This document shows, piece after piece, positions 1 to 9,807 of a DNA stretch of 24,039 nucleotides (position 1 is its first letter; every line of letters begins with the position of its first letter). The notes beneath the pieces were generated by a model. That model was not told the origin of the DNA, ran no database searches, and saw only the letters and a program-made list of their open reading frames with translations. The stretch comes from an uncultured Methanosarcinales archaeon (GTDB taxonomy: Archaea; Nanobdellota; Nanobdellia; Woesearchaeales; JAGVZT01), in NCBI GenBank assembly GCA_964419615.1, contig CAYQPU010000025.1, forward strand, positions 1 through 24,039, read 5' to 3'. Made by a program: the position numbers and the translations under genes.

Positions 1-87
1 GTTTCTTCTGGAGAGCATCTTGTTAAGGTAACTTACAGATCTGGTAATGTTAGAAAAGTTAAGTTCAGAAGAGTATTTATTGAGTAA
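1..87 (+). CDS. 3' fragment of a CDS entering from the left edge (…VSSGEHLVKVTYRSGNVRKVKFRRVFIE*)
   Basis: Frame +1 is open from base 1 to TAA at 85-87; the other two plus frames stop within 30 nt. Overlaps the convergent gene by 11 nt. Confidence 0.45.
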   Translation, partial: VSSGEHLVKVTYRSGNVRKVKFRRVFIE

Positions 88-472
88 ACGGCTCACCTAA
101 GATATCATCAAGGAATTCTTTTAGACCAAATTCCTGAATTGACTTTTGCCTGTGAATGTGTTCTGGTTTAATACCAGGGAATTCTTCTTTGACAGGGTAT
201 AATCCAACCAAGGCAATAACTGGTTTATCATAATTTGTGGAATTAATTGCATCAGTCAAATGAAGCATATTATAATCTAAAAGTATTGCTTTAAACCTAT
301 CTTTGTGCTCTTCAATTACTTCTTTAACCTTGGGCTCACTCCAATTTACTGCTGCTGAATTCCCTTGTACTTGTTCATATGTGTGAGCTAGGTAAGAAGA
401 GTCTAATAGATTAGGTATAATTACTGACCATCCCAAATGTTCACCAATATATAATAATTCTATTTTTTCCAT
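77..472 (-). CDS. Stand-alone atypical response-regulator receiver (CheY-like) domain protein
   Basis: Collinear receiver-like motifs: ELLYIGEH, IIPNLL, AILLDYNM (Asp66), KPVIALVG, RQKSI (Lys110). TATA box 23 nt upstream of the ATG. Confidence 0.55.
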   Translation of the reverse strand: MEKIELLYIGEHLGWSVIIPNLLDSSYLAHTYEQVQGNSAAVNWSEPKVKEVIEEHKDRFKAILLDYNMLHLTDAINSTNYDKPVIALVGLYPVKEEFPGIKPEHIHRQKSIQEFGLKEFLDDILGEPFTQ

Positions 473-494
473 GATTGTTTTAGGAATTGATTGG

Positions 495-502
495 GGTATA
501 AA
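495..502 (-). promoter_or_regulatory. TATA box (TTTATACC) for 77..472, leaderless spacing
   Basis: 8-mer ends 23 nt before the ATG at 472. Confidence 0.55.
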
Positions 503-591
503 TAGTTATTTACATCTGAATGTGTATTATAAAATACTCAAATTCAAATTTTCCTTAAAATGAGTAATTTTATGAGGTCATTCATTTAAAT

Positions 592-1005
592 ATGAATAAA
601 TTTCCTTTTGATATGACAAAACCATTCACAACTGCAGGTAGAGGATTAATGTTAACTTTAACAGTTTTATCCCTATCTGCTATGACGTTGGGATGTCAAG
701 TAGAGTGCAATACTAATATGGTCCAATATACTGTCAATGAAGGAGCTGTGATCAGAACAGATGAATTAGGTGTTTTGGTGGGAACTGATCAGAAAACTCA
801 TTATTTGTATGATGGAGGATCTGAAACAGCAACATTTGAGTTATATAATTATGATGATCATATTTGCCCTGAGTCAATGGTTCTAAAGAGACCTAATGGT
901 GATGTTGTTTCAATTTTCTTAGATTATTCTTCAAAACACTATGAGGAAATGCATGAATCTTTGCAGAATAGAATTACTTTTTTTAACTCTGTTGAGAATG
1001 AATAA
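592..1005 (+). CDS. Hypothetical exported protein, possible lipoprotein (alternative start 613)
   Basis: N-terminal hydrophobic stretch GLMLTLTVLSLSAMTLG-C ending in a lipobox-like LGC, followed by a polar, beta-rich domain. Confidence 0.6.
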   Translation: MNKFPFDMTKPFTTAGRGLMLTLTVLSLSAMTLGCQVECNTNMVQYTVNEGAVIRTDELGVLVGTDQKTHYLYDGGSETATFELYNYDDHICPESMVLKRPNGDVVSIFLDYSSKHYEEMHESLQNRITFFNSVENE

Positions 1006-1024
1006 TCTTCACAACATACACAAC

Positions 1025-1032
1025 TTTATTAA
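1025..1032 (+). promoter_or_regulatory. TATA box (TTTATTAA) for 1056..1424
   Basis: Ends 24 nt before the ATG at 1056. Confidence 0.6.
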
Positions 1033-1055
1033 ATATTTCTCTACTCCCTTTTAGG

Positions 1056-1424
1056 ATGACTAAAAAACAAGTTAAAAAGATAGCCAAATCTGTTGATCAA
1101 GTTGATGATAAGGTTAAAGAAGAGATTATTGCCAATCATATCAAGAAACTGGAGAAAATCACTAATACTGCTAAAAGAGAAGCAAAAGAGTTTCAACTTG
1201 AGGTTAGAAAGAGTACTGCAACTGCTATTGCAGCTGCGTTTTCTTTTGTTATTGCGCTGTTTTGGAGAGATGCAATTACTGATATTCTAAATAAGATATT
1301 AAACGATCTTGGTTTGACTGGGAGCACTTATATTGCTAAGATTATTGCAGCTTTGATTGTGACCATTATTGCAGTTATTGCTATTAATAAGGTTTCCAAA
1401 TGGGGAGAAGTTAAAAATGGCTAA
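1056..1424 (+). CDS. Small membrane protein, DUF5654-like, with an N-terminal charged coiled coil
   Basis: TAIAAAFSFVIALFWRDAI matches the AFGLVAALAWNEAI-type motif; second TM helix IIAALIVTIIAVIAI. Confidence 0.7.
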   Translation: MTKKQVKKIAKSVDQVDDKVKEEIIANHIKKLEKITNTAKREAKEFQLEVRKSTATAIAAAFSFVIALFWRDAITDILNKILNDLGLTGSTYIAKIIAALIVTIIAVIAINKVSKWGEVKNG

Positions 1425-1812
1425 ACCAAAATTAGATCTTGATTACCTTAACGATTTAAGCTTTGATGAGAGGATCATATTTGATGACGTACTTAATCCA
1501 AAAAACTTAATAAACGCTTTGAATGGAAAGTGCTTTTCAATTTACCAGCTTGCAGATGCAATGGGTATAGATTATGTTCATCCTGCGGAAGCATCTTTTA
1601 TAATAAGTAATCCTAAGGAAGCACCATATTTTGGCAGAATGCCAGAACAGTACAAAAATTTAACGAGATTGGTAGATGACCTTGTAGGTCGCTGGATTAT
1701 CAAACCTGCAAAGGATACAACTCCAGGTGATAATATTCATGCAAGGAGGTATTATCTACCAGATCAAGAGTATGTTCTAGTACCTCCTCTACAAAAATCA
1801 TTTAGAGCTTAA
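1417..1812 (+). CDS. Hypothetical protein, possible winged-helix fold (start moved from 1369 to 1417)
   Basis: GGGGAG SD at 1402-1407 before ATG 1417; 8-nt overlap with the upstream gene; FSIYQLADAMG … LTRLVDDLVGRWIIK … RRYYL pattern. Confidence 0.6.
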   Translation: MAKPKLDLDYLNDLSFDERIIFDDVLNPKNLINALNGKCFSIYQLADAMGIDYVHPAEASFIISNPKEAPYFGRMPEQYKNLTRLVDDLVGRWIIKPAKDTTPGDNIHARRYYLPDQEYVLVPPLQKSFRA

Positions 1813-2615
1813 CGGTTTGCAAAGTTGAAAAACTTGGTTATGTCTGTTGATTCCTTCTCTTCTTCAGTGAGTTCTGCTCTTGGCTGACTTTTGTCTATTT
1901 CCAATTCATATAATGTGTCAGTTCTTACAAGTTTTCGTTCTGGTGCAGCTGGCTTTGGAGTCTGCTGTTGTTGTTCGGGCTGCGGAGCTGGTTCAGCTAC
2001 TTGTGGTTGCTGTGGGGCTTCCTCGATTTCCACAGGCGCAGATTCTTGTGCAATAGGTTCTTGCAGAGGTACTTCAGGTTCTAATTGTACTTCTGGAGTT
2101 TCTTCTTGCATGGTTTCAACAGGTGCAGATTCTTGTGCAGCCGGCTCTACTTTTGGTTCTTCAAATATACTTAGAGAATCTGATTCAGAAGAATCTTCTG
2201 GTGCTTCTAGCTCTGTTTGAGTTTCGATTTTCGGCTCTACTGCCTCAATTATTTGCTCAGGTTCCATTACTTGTGATAGAGGTTTGCTTTGATCAAGCTC
2301 ACCATCCATTGAATCTTGATTAACAAATACTTCCGCACATTCCATTTTTTCCTGCATAAAGGATTTTTCTTCCTTAGGCAAGTTTTCGATTTTAGGTTTT
2401 GCAGGTTGCTGATTTGCTGGTTGAAATAAAGGGTGTGGTTGTTCATCTCTAACCCCAGTTCCCATTGATTGTTCAATTCTGTGTTCTACTTCTTGTTGTC
2501 GTACTTCTACTCCTGATGTTATGCTCTGTGCCATGTTTTTTGCATCATAAACAGATGCTGCTAGCCCAGCGCTTTTCAGTGTTGCTGCTAATTGGTCTAC
2601 TTTTGAATTTGTCAT
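1809..2615 (-). CDS. Hypothetical protein with a long E/Q/P-rich disordered middle and short helical termini
   Basis: 268-aa ORF, GAGGTGA SD 7 nt upstream, BRE+TATA upstream. Confidence 0.8.
   Translation of the reverse strand: MTNSKVDQLAATLKSAGLAASVYDAKNMAQSITSGVEVRQQEVEHRIEQSMGTGVRDEQPHPLFQPANQQPAKPKIENLPKEEKSFMQEKMECAEVFVNQDSMDGELDQSKPLSQVMEPEQIIEAVEPKIETQTELEAPEDSSESDSLSIFEEPKVEPAAQESAPVETMQEETPEVQLEPEVPLQEPIAQESAPVEIEEAPQQPQVAEPAPQPEQQQQTPKPAAPERKLVRTDTLYELEIDKSQPRAELTEEEKESTDITKFFNFANR
2027..2139. repeat. Two 26-nt direct repeats (2027-2052, 2114-2139) encoding AQESAPVE
   Basis: tttccacaggcgcagattcttgtgca vs tttcaacaggtgcagattcttgtgca: 2 mismatches, 87-nt period. Confidence 0.85.
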
Positions 2616-2622
2616 TAATTGT

Positions 2623-2629
2623 TCACCTC
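2623..2629 (-). promoter_or_regulatory. Shine-Dalgarno GAGGTGA for 1809..2615
   Basis: Typical archaeal SD, 7 nt before the ATG. Confidence 0.75.
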
Positions 2630-2670
2630 TAATGTAACTTTATTTACTCAGATTACAAACATATTACTGG

Positions 2671-2686
2671 TATATAAATATTTCGG
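2671..2686 (-). promoter_or_regulatory. BRE (CCGAAA) + TATA (TTTATATA) promoter for 1809..2615
   Basis: Minus strand reads CCGAAATATTTATATA. Confidence 0.7.
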
Positions 2687-2791
2687 CTTTAGATCCAAGT
2701 ATAGGAAAAGGTATACCAAGGATTGTTGTGTGGAAATCTGTGTGAAATGCCTGTGTTTAAGTACTACAGCGCCCCTAGCTACATCTCTTAA

Positions 2792-2807
2792 CCGAAAAAT
2801 ATATAAA
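2792..2807 (+). promoter_or_regulatory. BRE (CCGAAAAA) + TATA (TATATAAA) promoter upstream of gyrB
   Basis: Reads CCGAAAAATATATAAA; implies a TSS near 2830. Confidence 0.65.
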
Positions 2808-2936
2808 CCCAGTCACTTTCCAACTTATATAGAAAAAGAGGCCAAATTCGTTTAAAAATTAGACATAACTCATCTGGTTTTTACTGCGGAACAAACCAAA
2901 TTCAGTAAGATTTGGGATGTGGCTGCTTTCTAATAA

Positions 2937-4859
<1,923 letters not shown>

Positions 4860-4874
4860 AGCTTAAGTATAGAA

Positions 4875-5294
4875 TTATTGTACCAATACTTCTTTATTAA
4901 CTAATTCAGGTAGTCCAGATCCATGGTGTGTTGAATAACCAGAATAATCTAATTGAACCATAACAGGTGTGACTGCAAAGTTATTGACTGGAGGTAATTC
5001 TTTTTCTCCTTGCTCTACTAATACGTTTTCGCAAGTTTTTGCCAAGTTTAATCCAACACTGACTTCATTTCTTTGACAAAAGTGGCTGACATAGCCTTGA
5101 ACTGGTTTTCCCATAGTACTTACATAAGATACTAAATCCCCAATTCTCAAACCTTCATATAAATCAGTGTCAAGAATTGTTATTCTATTTCTTTGTTCAA
5201 CAAGATCTCTTTGACTAGAAAGATGATCCTTTAGAATTGTTGCTCTTTCATCCACTGTTTGATCTTTACTAAGTTTATCTGCAAGGCTTACCAT
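4875..5294 (-). CDS. Hypothetical protein (start moved from 5312 to 5294), possible small SH3/KOW-like barrel
   Basis: TATA TTTATATT (5326-5319) ends 25 nt before ATG 5294; LRIGDLVSYV…VQGYV pattern. Confidence 0.6.
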   Translation of the reverse strand: MVSLADKLSKDQTVDERATILKDHLSSQRDLVEQRNRITILDTDLYEGLRIGDLVSYVSTMGKPVQGYVSHFCQRNEVSVGLNLAKTCENVLVEQGEKELPPVNNFAVTPVMVQLDYSGYSTHHGSGLPELVNKEVLVQ

Positions 5295-5382
5295 TTTGTA
5301 TAAGGGAATCAATATTTAAATATAAATCCTTGCATCAAATGTTGTTTGTTTCAGTGTATATCAAGTGTTTATTAAAGTAATA

Positions 5383-5390
5383 TTTATAAA
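5383..5390 (+). promoter_or_regulatory. TATA box (TTTATAAA) for rps3ae
   Basis: Ends 25 nt before ATG 5415. Confidence 0.7.
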
Positions 5391-5414
5391 GCAGTGCCTA
5401 CTCCCATATATTAG

Positions 5415-6209
5415 ATGGCTAAGGTAAAAGCAAAGGTTAAGAAGAAACGATGGTATAATATTGTTGCACCTTCTAATTTGAATTCAGCTGAGATTGGAGA
5501 AACATTAGCTGCTGAACCTGATGAATTAATGGGTAGGTATGTTAATACTAATCTACGGAATATTACTGGTAATATTAAACAGCAAAATATTAATCTTAAG
5601 CTAAGAGTTATAGCAGTTAAGGATAGAACTGCAGTTACCGAAGTTATTGGTTATAAATTCTTACAAACCGGTATCAAGAGGTTTGTTAAAAGAAGAATTG
5701 ACAGGATTGATGAGTCCTTTATTGTTCAGACAAAAGATAATAAGAATATTAGAATCAAACCAATGTTGTTAACAAGGTTTAATACAAATAGATCAGTTAA
5801 AACAGCTGTGAGAGCTGAGATGAAAAAATTATTGCTTAAAACTGTTAAGACAAAGAATTTTGATGATTTTGTTAGGGAAGTTTTGCAAAATAGAATTCAG
5901 AAGGAAATTTCCAAGATTTTGAATAAGATTTATCCAACTAGAATGTTAATTATTAGAGAGTTTCATATTGTTCAAAAAGGTGTGAAGGTAGAAGTTCCAA
6001 AAACAGAAGAAAACCCTGAAGTAGAAGTAAAAGAAAAACAAGCTGAAGAACCAAAGGAAGCTGAAGCTGTTACAGAAAAGACAGAGGTTAAAGCAGAGCC
6101 AGAAGTAAAAGAGAAAGAAGTAGTAGTGAAAGAGGAACAACCAAAAAAAGAGGTTGAAAAAGAACCTGTTAAAGCTGAAGAATCAAAAGAAGCTGAGAAA
6201 ACTGAATAA
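5415..6209 (+). CDS. rps3ae: 30S ribosomal protein S3Ae (eS1) with an E/K-rich C-terminal extension
   Basis: KKKRWYNIVAP…EIGETLA…LMGR; RRIDRIDESF…TKD…IRIK; IYPTR motifs. Confidence 0.92.
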   Translation: MAKVKAKVKKKRWYNIVAPSNLNSAEIGETLAAEPDELMGRYVNTNLRNITGNIKQQNINLKLRVIAVKDRTAVTEVIGYKFLQTGIKRFVKRRIDRIDESFIVQTKDNKNIRIKPMLLTRFNTNRSVKTAVRAEMKKLLLKTVKTKNFDDFVREVLQNRIQKEISKILNKIYPTRMLIIREFHIVQKGVKVEVPKTEENPEVEVKEKQAEEPKEAEAVTEKTEVKAEPEVKEKEVVVKEEQPKKEVEKEPVKAEESKEAEKTE

Positions 6210-6629
6210 TTATATTTCTTCTTTTATTGTCATTGTTGTAACCATTGTTAGTGTGTTTTTGACTCCTTTTGTTTTTCTAAAGTCATGGATAAATTTGTTA
6301 AAATCATTTAGGTCTGCACATTTTAATTTGATTATTAGATCATATTCTCCTGTGATTCCAAATACCTCTTTTACTCTTTTATCTTGAAATGTTTTGTTGG
6401 AAATATCTGAGTTTGTTTTTACCCACACCCATACAATAAAGTCTTCTTGTGCTTTTTCGTTGTTGAGTTTGATTGTAAATTTTTCAATTGTTTTTTCTTT
6501 GGTTAATTTTTTTATTCTTGTGTGGACTGTACTTGGTCGCAGGTTAGTTTGTTTTGCTATATTCCTTATTGTTGATCTGGAGTTCTGTTTTAGTTGTTCT
6601 AAGATTTGCTTATCCTTTTTGTCTAGCAT
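6210..6629 (-). CDS. Lrp/AsnC family transcriptional regulator
   Basis: LDKKDKQILEQLKQNSRSTIRNIAK…STVHTRIKKL HTH; ITGEYDLIIK…GVKNTLT RAM domain. Confidence 0.92.
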   Translation of the reverse strand: MLDKKDKQILEQLKQNSRSTIRNIAKQTNLRPSTVHTRIKKLTKEKTIEKFTIKLNNEKAQEDFIVWVWVKTNSDISNKTFQDKRVKEVFGITGEYDLIIKLKCADLNDFNKFIHDFRKTKGVKNTLTMVTTMTIKEEI

Positions 6630-6652
6630 ATAAATTTAATTTGTTTGGTTTA

Positions 6653-6660
6653 TTTATAAA
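6653..6660 (-). promoter_or_regulatory. TATA box (TTTATAAA) for the Lrp gene
   Basis: Ends 24 nt before ATG 6629; A-rich BRE-like sequence upstream. Confidence 0.65.
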
Positions 6661-6756
6661 TATTTTGAAATTTGTCCAGCAAATACTGATTTTTTTTCAA
6701 CTATGTGCAGCTTTTTAAAGAAAAATTATAAATAAATCACTTGTGTTTCATAAGTC

Positions 6757-6763
6757 AGGTGAT
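6757..6763 (+). promoter_or_regulatory. Shine-Dalgarno AGGTGAT for ahcY
   Basis: Directly precedes in-frame ATG 6767. Confidence 0.7.
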
Positions 6764-6766
6764 ATT

Positions 6767-8029
6767 ATGGATACTGAAGATAATTATGAAGTTAAGGATT
6801 TGAGTTTGGCTGACCAAGGTAAACTTAATGTTGAGTTTGCAGAGTCTAACATGAGTGCTCTGTTAGAGATAAGAAAAAGATTTGAAAAAGAACAACCCCT
6901 GAACGGGATTAGAGTTGGAATGGCTTTGCATGTTACTAAGGAAACTGCAGCTTTGGTTAGGACTTTAATTGCCGGTGGCGCTGATGTTGCTATTACTGGT
7001 TGTAATCCACTTAGCACACAGGATGATGTTGCTGCTTTTTTAGCTAAAGAAGGGATTAAGGTTTGGGGTTATAAGGGTGAGAGTAATGAGGATTATTATA
7101 AGTATATTAAGAAGGTGATTGATTTCAAGCCACATATCACTATTGATGATGGTTGTGATTTGGTTAGTGAGATTCATAAGAATCATAAAGAATTGATTCC
7201 CAAAATTATTGCAGGTTGTGAGGAAACTACAACTGGTATTATCAGATTAAAGGCTATGGAAAAAGATAATGCTCTGAAGTATCCAATGATTGCTGTGAAC
7301 GATAATAAAACAAAACATTTGCTTGATAATTATTATGGAACCGGCCAGTCAACTATTGATGGTATGATTAGAGCATCAAGTATTTTGTTTGCTGGTAAGA
7401 ATGTAGTTGTTATTGGTTATGGTAGTTGTGGTAAGGGTTTTGCTCTTCGAGCAAAAGGCATGGGTGCTAATGTTATAGTGACTGAGGTTGACGCTTTTTG
7501 CGGATTGCAGGCAAAGTACGATGGATTTAGAGTTATGCCTATGAAAAAAGCCTGCAAGATAGGAGATATATTTTGCACTTTGACTGGAAACAAGCACGTT
7601 ATAAGAACTGAACACTTGAAGGAAATGAAAGATGGTGCAGTTTTAGCAAATTCAGGTCATTTTGATATTGAGATTGATATTAAAGGTTTAACTGAGATGG
7701 CTGATTCTAAGGAGAAGGTTAGACCAAGTTTAGTTAGATATGATTTTGATGGTAAGAGTATTTTTCTTTGTGGTGAAGGAAGACTTGTCAATTTAACTTC
7801 TGCAGAAGGACATCCACCAGAGGTTATGGCAACTAGTTTTTGTGGTCAAGCATTAGCTGTTGAGTATGCTGTGAAGAATAAAGGCACGATGGAAAACAAA
7901 GTTATACTATTGCCTGAAGAGATTGATAATCATATTGCAGAGCTTCAGCTTGAGGCCTTGGGTGTAGAGATTGATGAGTTGACTCCTGAGCAGATTAAGT
8001 ATTTGGAGAGCTGGGAAGAAGGGACTTAG
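6767..8029 (+). CDS. ahcY: Adenosylhomocysteinase (SAH hydrolase); start moved from GTG 6743 to ATG 6767
   Basis: LHVTKETA, CNPLSTQD, IDDGCDL, EETTTG, AVND..TKHLLDNYYGTGQS, NAD-binding GYGSCGKG, NSGHFD, GRLVNL..AEGHP.EVM. Confidence 0.96.
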   Translation: MDTEDNYEVKDLSLADQGKLNVEFAESNMSALLEIRKRFEKEQPLNGIRVGMALHVTKETAALVRTLIAGGADVAITGCNPLSTQDDVAAFLAKEGIKVWGYKGESNEDYYKYIKKVIDFKPHITIDDGCDLVSEIHKNHKELIPKIIAGCEETTTGIIRLKAMEKDNALKYPMIAVNDNKTKHLLDNYYGTGQSTIDGMIRASSILFAGKNVVVIGYGSCGKGFALRAKGMGANVIVTEVDAFCGLQAKYDGFRVMPMKKACKIGDIFCTLTGNKHVIRTEHLKEMKDGAVLANSGHFDIEIDIKGLTEMADSKEKVRPSLVRYDFDGKSIFLCGEGRLVNLTSAEGHPPEVMATSFCGQALAVEYAVKNKGTMENKVILLPEEIDNHIAELQLEALGVEIDELTPEQIKYLESWEEGT

Positions 8030-8052
8030 TTTTTTATTTATTTTTTATTTTT
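8030..8052 (+). terminator. T-rich archaeal-type terminator after ahcY
   Basis: ttttttatttattttttattttt immediately after the TAG. Confidence 0.55.
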
Positions 8053-8057
8053 AGAAT

Positions 8058-9335
8058 TTAAAGTCCCAATGACTCAACAATCAACTCAGAATTAAATTCT
8101 TTTAGATCTTTATATTCCTGGCCTGTTCCAATGAACATGATTGGTTTTTCGGTTACAAAAGAAACAGAGATTGCTGCACCACCTTTTTCATCTATGTCTG
8201 CTTTTGAGAGAATTATTCCATCTATTCCAATTTCTTGGTTAAATGTTTTTGCTTGTTCTATGCAATCATTGCCAGTTATACTTTCTCCCACAAATATTGT
8301 TAGGTCTGGTTTTGTTACTCGCTTTAGTTTTTTGATTTCTTCCATTAAGTTTTTGTTTGAGTGTAATCTGCCTGCTGTGTCTATTAATACGATATCTATG
8401 TCATGTGATTGTGCATGTTTTATTGCATCATATGCAACTGCTGCTGCATCTGCACCATAGTCATGCTTGATTAGTTTGATCCCAAGTTTATCTGTGTGCT
8501 CCTCAATTTGCTGGATTGCTGCTGCTCTGAATGTGTCTGATGCTGCAACAACTATTTTTTTGTTGTTTTTTTTTAGCATGCTTGCAAGTTTGGCTATGGT
8601 TGTTGTTTTTCCAGAACCATTGATTCCAACAAAACAAATAATGAGTGGCTTTTTATTTTCTGAAAGCTTTACAATGTTTATTTGATCAGCTTCAAACAAA
8701 TTTTCTATAGATTTTTTTAGTGATTCTTGAATTTTGTTTTCAACATTTTTTCTTGGTATTTGCTGGCCAATTAGATCTTCTGATAAATCTTGTTTGATTT
8801 TGTCAACAACTTCAAGTGCAACATTATTCTCTAGAAGAATTAGTTCAAGTTCATCAAATATATCTTCAAATTGTTTTTCAGTTATTTTGTATGTTATACT
8901 TTGTTTAAGTTTTGAGAATATTGATTTTTTCTCTGGAACCTTTGTTGGTTCTTCTGATTTTTTTATTTCCTTTTTAACTGGTTCAGATATTATTTCATCA
9001 ATTTCTTTTATTAATTTGGGTTCTTCTTTTTTTACTTCTTTTATTGGCTGAGCTTGTTTTTCCTTGATTGTTTCAACAGAAGTAAGTTTTTTCTTCTTTG
9101 TTTTTCCTACTACTTTTTCTGTTTCTGATTTTTCTTCTATAGCTTTTTCTTCTTCTTTTTTTTTAATAGGTATTTCTTCTGATTTTTTTTCCTTTTTAGG
9201 CTCTTTTTTCGTATCTTCAATTAGTTCTTTTTCTAATTTTTCTTCTGGAATTTCTTCTGGTATTGATTCTTCTTCAACTTTCTTAGAAGCTTTAGAAATT
9301 GCAGTTTTTAGTTTGTTTTTTAAGAATTTAAACAT
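8058..9335 (-). CDS. ftsY: Signal recognition particle receptor FtsY
   Basis: Charged N-domain followed by the NG domain: GINGSGKTTTIAKLA, DTFRAAAIQQ, DTAGR, SKAD.DEKGGAAIS, GTGQEY.DL. Confidence 0.96.
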   Translation of the reverse strand: MFKFLKNKLKTAISKASKKVEEESIPEEIPEEKLEKELIEDTKKEPKKEKKSEEIPIKKKEEEKAIEEKSETEKVVGKTKKKKLTSVETIKEKQAQPIKEVKKEEPKLIKEIDEIISEPVKKEIKKSEEPTKVPEKKSIFSKLKQSITYKITEKQFEDIFDELELILLENNVALEVVDKIKQDLSEDLIGQQIPRKNVENKIQESLKKSIENLFEADQINIVKLSENKKPLIICFVGINGSGKTTTIAKLASMLKKNNKKIVVAASDTFRAAAIQQIEEHTDKLGIKLIKHDYGADAAAVAYDAIKHAQSHDIDIVLIDTAGRLHSNKNLMEEIKKLKRVTKPDLTIFVGESITGNDCIEQAKTFNQEIGIDGIILSKADIDEKGGAAISVSFVTEKPIMFIGTGQEYKDLKEFNSELIVESLGL

Positions 9336-9735
9336 TTTGACTATCTACTTGACCTTGTAGTTCTGTTGCAATTACCTGCAACTTTGCAGTTAGCTGCTGA
9401 ATTCCAGTAGTCATTTGTTCATGGAATTCTTGTACTTGTACAACTCTTTTATCAAGTAGCTCTTTTGTTTCATTATTTTTCTTTTTTACTATTACATTTG
9501 CACCAACATTAACCATCAATTCATTGCTAGTGGTAAGTTTGGCTCTAGCAAATATGCCTCCACTTATTGGCAATAGGATTTCCTTGTTTTCATCTAACTC
9601 GTCAATAGTTTGCAATGCAGCCTGCAATTCCACTAGCTGCTCTTCCAAAAGTTGGGTTTGCTGTTGCCTTTCTTTTAATTGTTCATTTAGTAATTGGAAT
9701 TCATAATATTTAGTCTGAAGTTCTTCTTGCTCCAT
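9328..9735 (-). CDS. pfdA: Prefoldin alpha subunit
   Basis: Coiled coil-EILLPISGGIFARAKL…MVNVGANVIVKK-coiled coil; conserved archaeal pfdA-ftsY adjacency; GGTGG SD. Confidence 0.9.
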   Translation of the reverse strand: MEQEELQTKYYEFQLLNEQLKERQQQTQLLEEQLVELQAALQTIDELDENKEILLPISGGIFARAKLTTSNELMVNVGANVIVKKKNNETKELLDKRVVQVQEFHEQMTTGIQQLTAKLQVIATELQGQVDSQNV

Positions 9736-9807
9736 ATAACCACCTTATATACCGTAACCTTGTTTTGTTTTTAAAGGTTTGGGAAAACCCTTGTGCTTTT
9801 TAGGAAT

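Noticed and set aside
1093-1290. Alternate-frame ORF inside 1056..1424
   Set aside because: Nested in a gene with a recognisable family motif; no start signals
1891-2476. Ser/Gly/Cys-rich antisense ORF 1891..2220 plus 2123..2323 and 2267..2476
   Set aside because: Shadows of the E/Q/P-rich gene; the composition follows from the reverse complement of GAA/CCA/CAA codons
2727-2758. TGTGT(G)GAAAT-like triplet as an operator or origin recognition box
   Set aside because: Short and degenerate; does not match ORB consensus; no cdc6/orc1 nearby
2619-2855. 78-aa plus-strand ORF
   Set aside because: Non-ATG start; spans both divergent promoters
8058-9807. SRP (7S) RNA near ftsY
   Set aside because: No GC-rich helical segment or helix-8 motif; no intergenic room
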